Shown here: positions 18,435-27,740 of the stretch, in pieces | Layout of the letters: each line of letters begins with the position of its first letter | Numbering within the stretch: position 1 is the first letter of the stretch | From: an uncultured archaeon | GTDB taxonomy: Archaea; Thermoplasmatota; Poseidoniia; MGIII; CAYLMJ01 | DNA: 64,000 nt | Direction: 5' to 3' | NCBI GenBank assembly: GCA_964384995.1 | Contig: CAYLMJ010000001.1 | Coordinates: 24,221 to 88,220 of the forward strand | Translations under genes and position numbers: made by a program | The notes under the pieces: generated by a model | What the model was told of the DNA's origin: nothing | Seen by the model: the letters and a program-made list of their open reading frames with translations, nothing else | Databases searched by the model: none

Positions 18435-19547
18435 ATGGCCAAGGCCAAGCCCAGGAAGAAGCCGGTCGCCAAGAAGACCGGAACCGAATCTGCGATGGGA
18501 CCCGCGCCCGAGCTCACGCTCCAGGCGGTGCGCAAGGAGGCCCTGGCCAAGCTCAAGGGCACCTGCGGGGTCTACAAGGTTTGCGACGGCAATCCCGCGA
18601 GGCTCTGCCAGGGACAGCACTACGGCGGCACCATCGGCATGGGAGGCGTGGGCAAGGGCCTGGCCTTTGCCGCCAACGTGGAGGCCCTGGACAATATCAG
18701 GCTCAAGACCCGGCTGGTCGTCCCCCACGCCGAGCCCGACCTGGGATTGACCTTCCTGGACCGGAAGCTGGACCTGCCGGTAATGGCCAGTTCCACCAGC
18801 GGCATGGGGGCGAGCCTGGGTGGTGCCATGGACGAGAACGAGTACGCCGTGGCGGTCCTGCAGGGCTCGAAGGCGGCGGGCACCCTGGGCTGGCTGGGCA
18901 ACACTCCCGAGGCCGGCCTGGAAGAGGCTGGGGTAAAGGCCCTGCAGGCCGCAGGTCCCGGCATCCCCATCTTCAAGCCCCAGTCCAACCAGCGGCTCAT
19001 CGAGCTCTTCGCCAAGGCCGAGTCGGCCGGTGCCGTGGCCGTGGGGGTGGACCTGGATGGTGTGGGCAGTACCCACTGGGAGCGGGCCGGCAAGCCGGTG
19101 TTCAGGAAGTCGCCTGATGAGCTGGAGGATCTGGTCCAGGCCACCGAGCTGCCATTCATCGCCAAAGGGCTGATGGGTGTCGAGGACGCCCTGGACTGCA
19201 TCGAAGCCGGAGTGGCCGCAATCGACGTCTCCAACCACGGCGGCCGGGCCCTGGAATCCACCCGGGGCGTGGCGGAGGTCCTGCCCGAGATAGCCGAGGC
19301 CGTGGAGGGGCGCTGTGTCATCACCGCCGGCGGTGGCGTGCGCACCGGCTTCGATGTCCTGAAGATGCTGGCCCTGGGGGCCGACGCCGTGCTCGTCGGC
19401 CGGGACATCATCCGAGCGGCGGTGGGAGGGGGCGCCCAGGGAGTCAGGCTCCACTTCGACTACCTGGCCAGTGACCTGCGGCGGGGCATGCTGCTCACCG
19501 GCTCCAACACTTTGTCTGACATCGGTTCCAGGGTCCTGGACCGGTAG
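18435..19547 (+). CDS. FMN-dependent alpha-hydroxy-acid dehydrogenase/oxidase family protein with an N-terminal Cys motif
   Basis: IAKGLMGVEDA, IDVSNHGGRALESTRG, ITAGGGVRTGFDVLKMLALGADAVLVGR. Start placed at ATG 18435, about 24 nt downstream of TATA-like gtttaatatc. The track start is 18369. Confidence 0.8.
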   Translation: MAKAKPRKKPVAKKTGTESAMGPAPELTLQAVRKEALAKLKGTCGVYKVCDGNPARLCQGQHYGGTIGMGGVGKGLAFAANVEALDNIRLKTRLVVPHAEPDLGLTFLDRKLDLPVMASSTSGMGASLGGAMDENEYAVAVLQGSKAAGTLGWLGNTPEAGLEEAGVKALQAAGPGIPIFKPQSNQRLIELFAKAESAGAVAVGVDLDGVGSTHWERAGKPVFRKSPDELEDLVQATELPFIAKGLMGVEDALDCIEAGVAAIDVSNHGGRALESTRGVAEVLPEIAEAVEGRCVITAGGGVRTGFDVLKMLALGADAVLVGRDIIRAAVGGGAQGVRLHFDYLASDLRRGMLLTGSNTLSDIGSRVLDR

Positions 19548-19651
19548 CCGGGATCGCACGTTGGGTGACAGCGCCTCCGGTCTGGTCGATGATTTACTAC
19601 CATTGATTTATATCTCAGGGCCCTGCTGGTTGTTCCATCGAAGGTGACCAG

Positions 19652-20839
19652 ATGGCAGTTGCCGAACTTGCACCCGGAGTCCACTACGTCGGAGCCCGTC
19701 ACTGGGACCGGCGGCTTTTCGACGAGCTCATACCCCTGCCCCAGGGCACCAGCTACAACGCCTATCTCATCCAGGGCAGTGAGGCCACGGCGCTCATTGA
19801 CACAGTGGAACCCGAGCTGGCTCAGGAGCTGATGGACCACCTGGACGAGCTGAAGGTGGCGAAGCTGGATTACGTGGTGGCCAACCATGCCGAGCAGGAC
19901 CACTCAGGGACCCTGCCCCAGGTGCTTGAAAGGTACCCCGAGGCCAAGGTGGTGACCAATCCCAAGTGCAAGACCTTCCTGGAGGACCACCTGCACATCG
20001 ACCCCGAACGCTTCCTCACCAGGGGGGACGGCGAGACCCTCTCGCTGGGCGACCGGACCCTGGAGTTCCTCATAGCCCCCTGGGTCCACTGGCCCGAGAC
20101 CATGCTCACCTACCTGCAGGAGGACCGGATCCTCTTCCCCTGCGACTTCCTTGGCTCTCATCTGGCCACCAGTGACATCTACGCCGACGATGAGGCCACC
20201 GTGTACGAGGCCGCCAAGCGCTACTACGCCGAGATAATGATGCCCTTCCGCCCCAGCATCAAGAAGCACCTGAAGCGGCTGGAAGGATACGACATCGACC
20301 TCATCGCCCCCAGCCATGGTCCCATCCACAGGCGACCCGAGTTCATCCTGGAGGCCTACCGGGAGTGGTCCGGCGATGACCTGGCCAACGTGGTGGTCCT
20401 GCCCTATGTCTCGATGCACGGCAGTACCGGGGTCATGGTCCAGCACCTTGTGGAAGCCCTGATGAAGCGCGGCGTGGGGGTCAAGCCCTTCAATCTGGTC
20501 AAGTCTGACCTGGGTGAGCTGGCCATCGCCCTGGTGGACTGCGCCACCATCGTCCTGGCCTCGCCCACGGTGAGCATCGGACCCCATCCCGCCGCCGCCT
20601 ACGCCGCGGTGCTGGTCAACGTGCTGCGGCCCAGGGCCAAGGTGGCGGCCATCATCGGCTCCTACGGCTGGGGCGGCAAGATGGTGGAGCAGGTGACGGG
20701 CATGCTGGGCAACCTCAGGGTTGAACTGCTGGAGCCGGTGCTGGCCAGGGGTCTGCCCAAGGAGGCCGACCTGGCGGCCCTGGACGAGCTGGCCGATGCC
20801 ATCCTGGCCAAACACCGGGAACTGGGTCTGATCGATTAG
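19652..20839 (+). CDS. fprA: Flavodiiron protein (FprA-type A flavoprotein: metallo-beta-lactamase plus flavodoxin domains)
   Basis: ANHAEQDHSG (HxExDH), VHWPETM, LFPCDFLGSH, IAPSHGP di-iron ligand blocks, and a C-terminal flavodoxin-like region (VVLPYVSMHGST). Confidence 0.9.
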   Translation: MAVAELAPGVHYVGARHWDRRLFDELIPLPQGTSYNAYLIQGSEATALIDTVEPELAQELMDHLDELKVAKLDYVVANHAEQDHSGTLPQVLERYPEAKVVTNPKCKTFLEDHLHIDPERFLTRGDGETLSLGDRTLEFLIAPWVHWPETMLTYLQEDRILFPCDFLGSHLATSDIYADDEATVYEAAKRYYAEIMMPFRPSIKKHLKRLEGYDIDLIAPSHGPIHRRPEFILEAYREWSGDDLANVVVLPYVSMHGSTGVMVQHLVEALMKRGVGVKPFNLVKSDLGELAIALVDCATIVLASPTVSIGPHPAAAYAAVLVNVLRPRAKVAAIIGSYGWGGKMVEQVTGMLGNLRVELLEPVLARGLPKEADLAALDELADAILAKHRELGLID

Positions 20840-20955
20840 GACCGACCATTGCGAGGCCCTGACGGTCATCCTTGCGAGAACGCCGCGGATGAGTGGTGTA
20901 ATATGGAGCATGCAGAGTGGCATCTGATAATCTCGAACATCCACTCGATTAATTT

Positions 20956-21002
20956 GGTGGGCCCCTGGTGTCCCTTCGCCTGTGAACACCATAAGGCCCA
21001 CC
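20956..21002. other. Compound stem-loop GGTGGGCC-cc-TGGTGT ... ACACCA-taa-GGCCCACC
   Basis: 8-bp outer and 6-bp inner perfect stems read directly, in the 245-bp fprA-dfx spacer. Confidence 0.4.
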
Positions 21003-21085
21003 GGGTCGCGGGACCGCGGTGAGGACCATGGTCTGCCACGCAGATAACAGGCAATGACCTTCACGCATTATCGGGAGCTGAAACC

Positions 21086-21469
21086 ATGCCCAAGAGAGCC
21101 GAAGTCTACAAGTGCGAGCTGTGCGGAAACATCGTCGAGGTCCTGACCGTGGGAGGCGGGGAGCTGACCTGCTGTGGAAAGGCCATGACCCTCCAGGCCG
21201 AGAAGGCCGAGGACCAGGGCCAGGAGAAGCATCTGCCGGTCATCGAGAGCACCGACGATGGTGTCACCGTCAACGTGGGTTCCATCGACCACCCCATGAC
21301 CGCCGAGCACTACATCGAGTGGATCGAGGTGGAGACCGTCTCGGGCCAGGTCCACCGGGCCTACCTGACCCCCGAGGACGCGCCTGCCGCCCAGTTCCGC
21401 CTCACCGAAGAAGTTAAACAGGTTCGCTCCTACTGCAACCTTCACGGTCTCTGGAAGAGCACCGTGTAG
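21086..21469 (+). CDS. dfx: Desulfoferrodoxin (2Fe superoxide reductase)
   Basis: Desulforedoxin-like YKCELCGNIVEV ... LTCCG. Centre II ligands EKHLPV, HPMTAEHYIEW, CNLHGLW. Confidence 0.95.
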   Translation: MPKRAEVYKCELCGNIVEVLTVGGGELTCCGKAMTLQAEKAEDQGQEKHLPVIESTDDGVTVNVGSIDHPMTAEHYIEWIEVETVSGQVHRAYLTPEDAPAAQFRLTEEVKQVRSYCNLHGLWKSTV

Positions 21470-21474
21470 AGAGT

Positions 21475-21990
21475 GTGCCCATGCTTAGCGAGAAGATGCA
21501 AGACGCCCTGAACGAGCAAGTGAAATGGGAGTTCTACTCGGCCTACATGTACCTCTCCATGGCCTCCTACTTCGAGTCGGTGAGCCTGGGAGGTTGCGCC
21601 AAGTGGATGTACGCCCAGTTCCAGGAGGAGCAGATGCACGCCATGAAGATGTTCCGCTACGTCAACGAGCGGGGCGGGCGGGCCCTCCTCAGGCAGATCG
21701 AGGAGCCACCCTCCCAGTGGGACTCGCCCCTGGCCGCCTTCCAGGAGACCTGCGAGCACGAGGCCCTGGTGACCGGACGCATCAACGACCTGATGGACCT
21801 GGCCCTGGACGAGCGTGACCACGCCACCGCAAACTTCCTGAACTGGTACGTGGACGAGCAGGTGGAGGAGGAGGACAACTGCGGCGGCATCCTGGAGCGG
21901 ATGAAGCTGGCCGGCGAGGGCGCCGGGCTCTTCATGCTGGACCAGGAGCTGGGCCAGCGGGTCTTCACCCCGCCCCCGGAAGAGGCCTGA
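21475..21990 (+). CDS. Ferritin
   Basis: Ferroxidase-centre pattern WEFYSAYMY, FQEEQMHAMK, CEHEALV, NWYVDEQVEEE. 171 aa. Confidence 0.9.
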   Translation: MPMLSEKMQDALNEQVKWEFYSAYMYLSMASYFESVSLGGCAKWMYAQFQEEQMHAMKMFRYVNERGGRALLRQIEEPPSQWDSPLAAFQETCEHEALVTGRINDLMDLALDERDHATANFLNWYVDEQVEEEDNCGGILERMKLAGEGAGLFMLDQELGQRVFTPPPEEA

Positions 21991-22190
21991 AGGGGACGGG
22001 ACCTCCCTTCAAACTCCCCCAACTGAAGATAATCACCGTGGACCGCCCCGGGACAGGGGCATTCACAGAGGCACCGGCCGAGGGTCAACGACCCCGGGTG
22101 TCAAGCCCGGACCAAGGTCCTGGACCGATCCGCCAATCGCAACCGCGATCACGATCGTGATCAAAGCCAAGCTGACAGGATAACAGACAG

Positions 22191-24290
22191 GTGAACTATA
22201 TGGCTTTCAAGGACGTTATCGAAAAAGAGCCCCGCCGGGCCTACATGCTCACCAACGAGGCCATTGTACGTGCGGCCCTGGAGGCCGACGTCAAGGTGGT
22301 CTCCTTCTACCCCGGCGCGCCCCAGACCGAGATCATGGACACCTTCGACAGGGCCCTGGCCCACTTCGACTACCGGATGGAGGTGGCGGCCAACGAGAAG
22401 GTGGCCCTGGAGACCGTGGCCGGAGCCGCCATGGTGGGCCAGCGGTCCCTCACTTCCATGAAGAGCGTGGGCACCAACGTGGCCGCCGACGCCCTCTACT
22501 CCCTGGCCTACACCGGGGTGAAGGGGGGCTGTGTTTGCTGCATCGCCGACGACCCCTACGCCCACTCCTCCCAGTCGGAGCAGGACGGCCGCTGGTTCGG
22601 CAGTACCTCCTACCTGCCCATGCTGGAGCCCTCGGACCCGGTGGAGGCGGCTGATATGGTCAAGGCCTCCTTCGACCTTTCGGAAAAGTACGAGAGCCTG
22701 GTGCTGTTGAGGACCACCACCAGGGTCAACCACCAGAGCGGCGTGGTCCAGCTGAATCCCATTACGCGGACGCCTTTCGAGAAACTGTCGTGGGTGGAGA
22801 ACCGCCGCAAGTACGTCACCCTGGGCGCCATCGCCCGGGCCGGCAAGGAGCGAGTGCTGGAGAAGATGGAGCGCATCCGCAATGAGGTGGACCTGGCCCG
22901 GTTCAACCGGGTGGAGCACTTCGACGGCCAGGAGCTGGTGATCGGGAAGGAGGCCGCGGCCAAGACCTGCAAGGTGGGGATCATCACCGCCGGGGTGGGT
23001 TACAGCTACGCCCTGGAGAGCCTGATGAGGCTGGGTGCTGCGGCCAAGATGTTGAAGATAGGTGTGCTGAACCCCCTTCCAGAGGATGTCATCTCGACCT
23101 TCCTGGGCACCGTGGACCAGGTGGTGGTGGTGGAGGAGCTGTCGCCCTACATCGAGAACACGGTGACGGCCCTGGCCAAGGATGCGAATCCCGCCTGCGA
23201 GATAATCGGCAAGCGGTCGGGTCACTTCTCCGAGGCCCTGGAGTACAACATCCCAATCGTCATCGGGGTCCTGGCCCAGGTCACGGGGAAGGAACTGCCC
23301 TTCGACCATCAGGCCCATTCGGAAAAGCTGATGAAGCTGGCCGAGAGCCTGCCCCAGCGCCTGCCGGTATTCTGTGCCGGCTGTCCCCACCGGGCCACCT
23401 TCTGGTCGGTGCGGCGGGCCCTGCGCAAGCCCGATTCCGTCTTCTTTGCCAACGACATCGGCTGTTACTCCATGCTCAGCCTGGAGCCCATCGACTGGAC
23501 CGACTCCCTGCTCTGCATGGGCTCGTCCATGGGCGTGGCCGCCGGGGTCCAGCACAGCGCCCAGGAGAGGGCCATCGTGGCCCTGGGCGACTCCACCTTC
23601 TTCCACGCCGCCCTGCCTGGTGTGGTCAACGCGGTCCACAACCAGGACGACATGACGCTGATCATCCTTCACAACTCGGTGACCGCCATGACCGGGCAAC
23701 AGACCCATCCGGCCCATCCCCACCGAGCGGGGGGCATGCCCGGCGAACAGTTGGATATCGGAGCGGTGCTGGAGGGGCTGGGCGTGGGCAAGATCGTCCA
23801 CATCGATTCCTACGCCGATGTCAAGGCCAACATCAAGGCCTGCAAGGAGGCCCTGGACCACGAGGGGGTCTCGGCCATCATCTCCCATGGCGAGTGCGCC
23901 CTCTACCACTTCCGCAACTACCGCCACGCCGGCGGCAAGCTGGTGCCCTTCTTCGTGGACAAGGACATCTGCCGCAAGGCCTACACCTGCATCCGGGACT
24001 TCATGTGCCCGGCCATCTCCATCGATCCTTCGGACGGCAAGGCCCAGATCGCCCCCGAGCTCTGCGTGGGCTGCGGGGTGTGTTCCCAGCTCTGCGGCTG
24101 GAAGGCCATCAAGTCCACAGCCACCCTGCAGGGAGGCGAGAACAAGGCCTACATGGAGCTGGAAGACTACCATGAACTGCAGAAGGTGATCCAGGGGAAA
24201 GGCAAGGGCAAGGACAATGGCAATGGCAAGAGCAAGAGCAAGGGTAAAAGCAAAGGCAAGGGCTCTGCCAAGAAGGGAGGTGATGCCTGA
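22191..24290 (+). CDS. iorA: Indolepyruvate:ferredoxin oxidoreductase alpha subunit with a C-terminal Lys/Gly-rich tail
   Basis: TPP-binding GDSTFFHAALPG, two ferredoxin-type Cys clusters (CIRDFMCPAI, CVGCGVCSQLC), and tail GKGKGKDNGNGKSKSKGKSKGKGSAKKGG. GTG 22191 or ATG 22200 is the start. Confidence 0.9.
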   Translation: MNYMAFKDVIEKEPRRAYMLTNEAIVRAALEADVKVVSFYPGAPQTEIMDTFDRALAHFDYRMEVAANEKVALETVAGAAMVGQRSLTSMKSVGTNVAADALYSLAYTGVKGGCVCCIADDPYAHSSQSEQDGRWFGSTSYLPMLEPSDPVEAADMVKASFDLSEKYESLVLLRTTTRVNHQSGVVQLNPITRTPFEKLSWVENRRKYVTLGAIARAGKERVLEKMERIRNEVDLARFNRVEHFDGQELVIGKEAAAKTCKVGIITAGVGYSYALESLMRLGAAAKMLKIGVLNPLPEDVISTFLGTVDQVVVVEELSPYIENTVTALAKDANPACEIIGKRSGHFSEALEYNIPIVIGVLAQVTGKELPFDHQAHSEKLMKLAESLPQRLPVFCAGCPHRATFWSVRRALRKPDSVFFANDIGCYSMLSLEPIDWTDSLLCMGSSMGVAAGVQHSAQERAIVALGDSTFFHAALPGVVNAVHNQDDMTLIILHNSVTAMTGQQTHPAHPHRAGGMPGEQLDIGAVLEGLGVGKIVHIDSYADVKANIKACKEALDHEGVSAIISHGECALYHFRNYRHAGGKLVPFFVDKDICRKAYTCIRDFMCPAISIDPSDGKAQIAPELCVGCGVCSQLCGWKAIKSTATLQGGENKAYMELEDYHELQKVIQGKGKGKDNGNGKSKSKGKSKGKGSAKKGGDA

Positions 24291-24910
24291 TGACCGGTGA
24301 CACCTTCGACCTCATCGCCTGCGGCGTGGGCGGCCAGGGAGTGGTGCTGATGTGCAACGCGGTGGGGGAGGCCTGCGCCCTGGCGGACATGAAGGCCATA
24401 TCGGGTGAGATGCATGGCCTGGCCCAGCGCAGTGGTTCGGTGTTCATCCACCAGCGGATAGGCGAGCGGGCCCTGGCGCCTCTTGTACCGTACGGGGAGG
24501 CCGATGTCATCCTGGCCCTGGAGCCCATGGAGGCCCTGCGGCATCTCCACTACCTGGCCCCCGGCGGCCTGGTCATCACCAACACCCATCTGGTCCATCC
24601 CCCGGGGGAGACCAACGCCCTGGCCACCAAGCAGGCCGAGGGCTACATCGAGTACGACACCGTCATGTCCACCATCAGGGAGGCGGGGGCCAGGGTCATC
24701 GAGATCGACGCCCTGGAGCTGGCCAACCGGGCCGGCAACGCCCTGACCGAGAACGTGGTGATGGTGGGCGCCCTGGCCGCCTCGGCCGGCTTCCCGGTGG
24801 CCAAGGAGGCCATGCTGGAAGGGGTCAAGGCCATCGTGCCGCCCAAGGCCGTGGCGGTGAACGAGAAGGCCTTCGAGAGCGGGTACGCCGCCTGCCGCAA
24901 AGCCCAATGA
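24290..24910 (+). CDS. iorB: Indolepyruvate:ferredoxin oxidoreductase beta subunit
   Basis: ATGA overlap with the iorA stop. [11 protein letters not shown] ... [10 protein letters not shown] ... [12 protein letters not shown] pattern. Confidence 0.9.
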   Translation: MTGDTFDLIACGVGGQGVVLMCNAVGEACALADMKAISGEMHGLAQRSGSVFIHQRIGERALAPLVPYGEADVILALEPMEALRHLHYLAPGGLVITNTHLVHPPGETNALATKQAEGYIEYDTVMSTIREAGARVIEIDALELANRAGNALTENVVMVGALAASAGFPVAKEAMLEGVKAIVPPKAVAVNEKAFESGYAACRKAQ

Positions 24911-24965
24911 TATTAGTACCGCCCCCGCTTGGCATCCTCAACCCAATCCATTGGGAGACCTGAAC

Positions 24966-25127
24966 ATGGACAAGTACATCTGCAACGTCTGCGGCTACGA
25001 GTACGACCCGGCACAGGGCGACCCCGACGGGAACGTGGACCCGGGCACCGCCTTCGAGAACATTCCCGACGACTGGGTCTGCCCCATCTGCGGCGTGGGC
25101 AAGGGCGAGTTCGAGAAGATGGATTGA
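24966..25127 (+). CDS. Rubredoxin (53 aa; too short for the ORF track)
   Basis: Own translation: [53 protein letters not shown], with the canonical CxxCG ... CPxCG pairs. Confidence 0.9.
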   Translation: MDKYICNVCGYEYDPAQGDPDGNVDPGTAFENIPDDWVCPICGVGKGEFEKMD

Positions 25128-25138
25128 GGGCCCACAGG

Positions 25139-25224
25139 CGTCCCATTTGCCCCATTCGTCCTATTCGTCCCATCGTTCCATCAGTGCTATCCCTCCCATA
25201 GTTCCCTTCGTCCCATCGTTCCAC
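25139..25224. repeat. Drifting short tandem repeat (about 9-bp units: cccatttgc cccattcgt cctattcgt cccatcgtt ...)
   Basis: Read directly downstream of the rubredoxin gene. Its reverse complement shares words (ggatagg, gaatggg) with 27983-28010. Confidence 0.6.
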
Positions 25225-25481
25225 AAGGCCAAGCGGCCCCATCCTGCCCCCCTCCGCCATCTCTGCCTGGCCCGCCTGCTGCTATTGATGGATGCGGGGT
25301 TCCGATGGGATGGTGAAAGCGAATTCTGGCTACAGTGGCGAGGGTCCTCCCCAACACCCAGACCCAGGACGGGTAGACAGGGGCCGCCACGCCATGTCCA
25401 GGCGGGATGTATTTTTTTTCCACCTTCAGCTTTATTATGGCCCAAAAACTCCCAGTAGTCAAGGTCCAAGGGTTCGACCGG

Positions 25482-25784
25482 ATGTTGGCCGAGCCTCAAG
25501 GGGACCAGAACAGTACCAATTCAAAGCTGGTGAACCAACTGCTCCAGAACCTGATACCCGACGCCGAGCTCGATTGCATAGGCCTCTACTGCCCCATGCC
25601 CATGGCCATGACCAAGATGGAGATGGACAAGCTGAAGACCGGACAGGTGCTGATGGTGGAGGCCGACGACCCGGCCTCGGAGAAGGACATCACCGGCTGG
25701 GCCGACAAGGTGGGCCACGAGGTCGTGAGCCTGGAGCGGGAGGACACCATCCTCATCTTCCACATCCGCAAGGGAGGGTCCTGA
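25482..25784 (+). CDS. tusA: TusA/SirA-like sulfurtransferase
   Basis: LDCIGLYCPMPMAMTK (CPxP active-site motif) ... GQVLMVEADDPAS ... DITGWA. Start chosen at ATG 25482, downstream of TATA-like tttattat (25427-25434). The track start is 25407. Confidence 0.8.
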   Translation: MLAEPQGDQNSTNSKLVNQLLQNLIPDAELDCIGLYCPMPMAMTKMEMDKLKTGQVLMVEADDPASEKDITGWADKVGHEVVSLEREDTILIFHIRKGGS

Positions 25785-25786
25785 AG

Positions 25787-26989
25787 ATGGCCAAGGCCGG
25801 CGAGCGGGTCTACATGGACCACATCTCGGCCATGCCTGTGGACCCCAGGGTGGTGGACTTCGCCAGACCCTACCTGGAACAGGGCCATGGCAACCCCTCC
25901 TCCCTGCATCGCGTGGGCCAGGCGGCCAAGGGGGCCATCCAGGAGGCCAGGCAGAGGGTGGCCGACCTGATCAACGCCGAGAGTGCGGACACCATCATCT
26001 TCACCGGCGGGGCCACCGAGGCCAACAACCTGGCCATCCGGGGTACCGCCTCCCGCAACGCCCGCAAGGGCAAGCGGGTCGTATCCAGCGCCATCGAGCA
26101 CATGTCGGTGCTCAACCCCATGAAGGAGCTCCAGAAAGGGGGCTTCGAGTACGAGCGGGCCGGCGTCGACGAGCACGGTCTCGTGGACCTGGATGAGCTG
26201 GGCCGTCTGGTGACGAAGGAGACCACCGTCACCTCCCTCATGTACGCCAACAACGAGATAGGGACCCTGCAACCCATCGGCGAGGTGGCCGACATCGTTC
26301 ATGAGCAGGGTCACTTCCTCCACGTGGACGGCACCGCCGCCGCCGGACGGGTGCCCATCGACGTGCAAGCCGAGAACATCGACCTGCTGACCCTCTCGTC
26401 CAACGACCTCTACGGTCCCCAGGGCGTGGGCGCGCTCTACATCCGCCCCCGGCTGAGGCTCCAGACGGTGATGCCCGGTGGTGGCCAGGAGCGGGGCTTC
26501 CGCTCGGGCACCGAGAACCTGTTTGGCATTGCCGCCATGGGCGAGGCCGCCCGCCTTGCCTCCGCTGAGATGGAGAGCGAGAGCCAGCGGCTGAAGGGAC
26601 TGCGGGACGAACTGATATCGGGCATCCTGAAGATGGACGAGACCTACCTGACGGGCCATCCCGAGCGTCGTCTGCCCCATCATGCCAGCTTCCGCTTCGC
26701 CTACATCGAGGGCGAGAGCCTGCTGATGAACATGGACATGTACGACATCCAGGTGACCACCGGCTCGGCCTGCTCATCCAAGACCCTGGAGCCCTCCCAC
26801 GTACTGCTGGCAATCGGGCTCTCCCACGAGCAGGCCCACGGCTCGATGATCCTGTCACTGGGCCATTCCAACACCGAGGACCAGGTGCCCCGGGTGGTGA
26901 AAGCGACGGGGGAGTCGCTGGAACGCCTGCGAGCGCTGTCACCCCTTTACAATCCAAGACCTGACGACCCATCGAAGAGGACGGAGTAG
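25787..26989 (+). CDS. iscS: IscS/NifS-family protein lacking the PLP-binding lysine
   Basis: Collinear with class I cysteine desulfurases (SAIEHMSV, HVDGTAAAG, GGGQERGFRSGTEN, TTGSACSS). The SGHK motif is SSND (Asp207). ATG 25787 is in frame with track ORF 25292..26989. Confidence 0.9.
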   Translation: MAKAGERVYMDHISAMPVDPRVVDFARPYLEQGHGNPSSLHRVGQAAKGAIQEARQRVADLINAESADTIIFTGGATEANNLAIRGTASRNARKGKRVVSSAIEHMSVLNPMKELQKGGFEYERAGVDEHGLVDLDELGRLVTKETTVTSLMYANNEIGTLQPIGEVADIVHEQGHFLHVDGTAAAGRVPIDVQAENIDLLTLSSNDLYGPQGVGALYIRPRLRLQTVMPGGGQERGFRSGTENLFGIAAMGEAARLASAEMESESQRLKGLRDELISGILKMDETYLTGHPERRLPHHASFRFAYIEGESLLMNMDMYDIQVTTGSACSSKTLEPSHVLLAIGLSHEQAHGSMILSLGHSNTEDQVPRVVKATGESLERLRALSPLYNPRPDDPSKRTE

Positions 26990-26995
26990 ACACCC

Positions 26996-27484
26996 ATGGA
27001 CGACCAAGCGTACACCGAGCAAGTGATGGACCATTTCATGAAGCCCCGCAACGTGGGCACCCTGGACGACCCCGACGGCTACGGCAAGGTGGGCAACCCG
27101 GTCTGCGGCGACATGATGGAGATGTTCCTCAAAGTGAACGCCGAGGACGAGACCATCAGCGACATCCGCTTTCGGACCTTCGGATGCTGTTCGGCCATAG
27201 CGACGACCTCCATGGCCACCGAGATGGCAAAGGGCATGACCCTGGACGAGGCGCTGGACATCACCCGGGACGACGTGGCCGGGGAGCTGGGAGGCCTGCC
27301 GCCCAAGAAGATGCACTGCTCCAACCTGGCCGCCGACGCCTTGACCGCCGCCATCGAGGACTATCGGGCCAAGCAGAACGGCCGGGCCCCGGACCCAGAG
27401 GTCACCGAGGTAAACTCCTGCTGTTCCACCGTCCAGCGCTGTGAGCACATGGTCGAGGACTTCAAGGCCAAGCAGGAAGGATAG
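26996..27484 (+). CDS. iscU: IscU/NifU-type Fe-S cluster scaffold
   Basis: GNPVCGDMM, FRTFGCCSAIA, KKMHCSNLAADAL ligand blocks. C-terminal extension carries extra Cys residues (CCSTVQRC). Confidence 0.9.
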   Translation: MDDQAYTEQVMDHFMKPRNVGTLDDPDGYGKVGNPVCGDMMEMFLKVNAEDETISDIRFRTFGCCSAIATTSMATEMAKGMTLDEALDITRDDVAGELGGLPPKKMHCSNLAADALTAAIEDYRAKQNGRAPDPEVTEVNSCCSTVQRCEHMVEDFKAKQEG

Positions 27485-27740
27485 CCGAACACCCAATCGC
27501 CTCCTCCTGCCGCAAGCCGCCGGTGTTCCACATAAAATGAGATAACTTCTTATTCGAGCACGCGGTAATTATCATCAGATGAAGGAAGCCCGCGAGCCAG
27601 CCAGCGACCGGGGACCCGCGACCCTGGGTCCGGCCGCCGGAGCCCGCCCCGCGGCCCCAAAAAGGCCCAGCTGTGCCTGCCCGCCAGATAGTTCCGGGGA
27701 CCCCTGGCAGGGAATGGCGTCCAGTACGGGAGACCCGCAG

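Noticed and set aside
25292-25786. 165-codon N-terminal extension of the IscS ORF
   Set aside because: The extension overlaps the TusA-like gene in another frame and is Arg/Pro/Gly-rich. The conserved IscS N-terminus begins at ATG 25787, right after the tusA stop.
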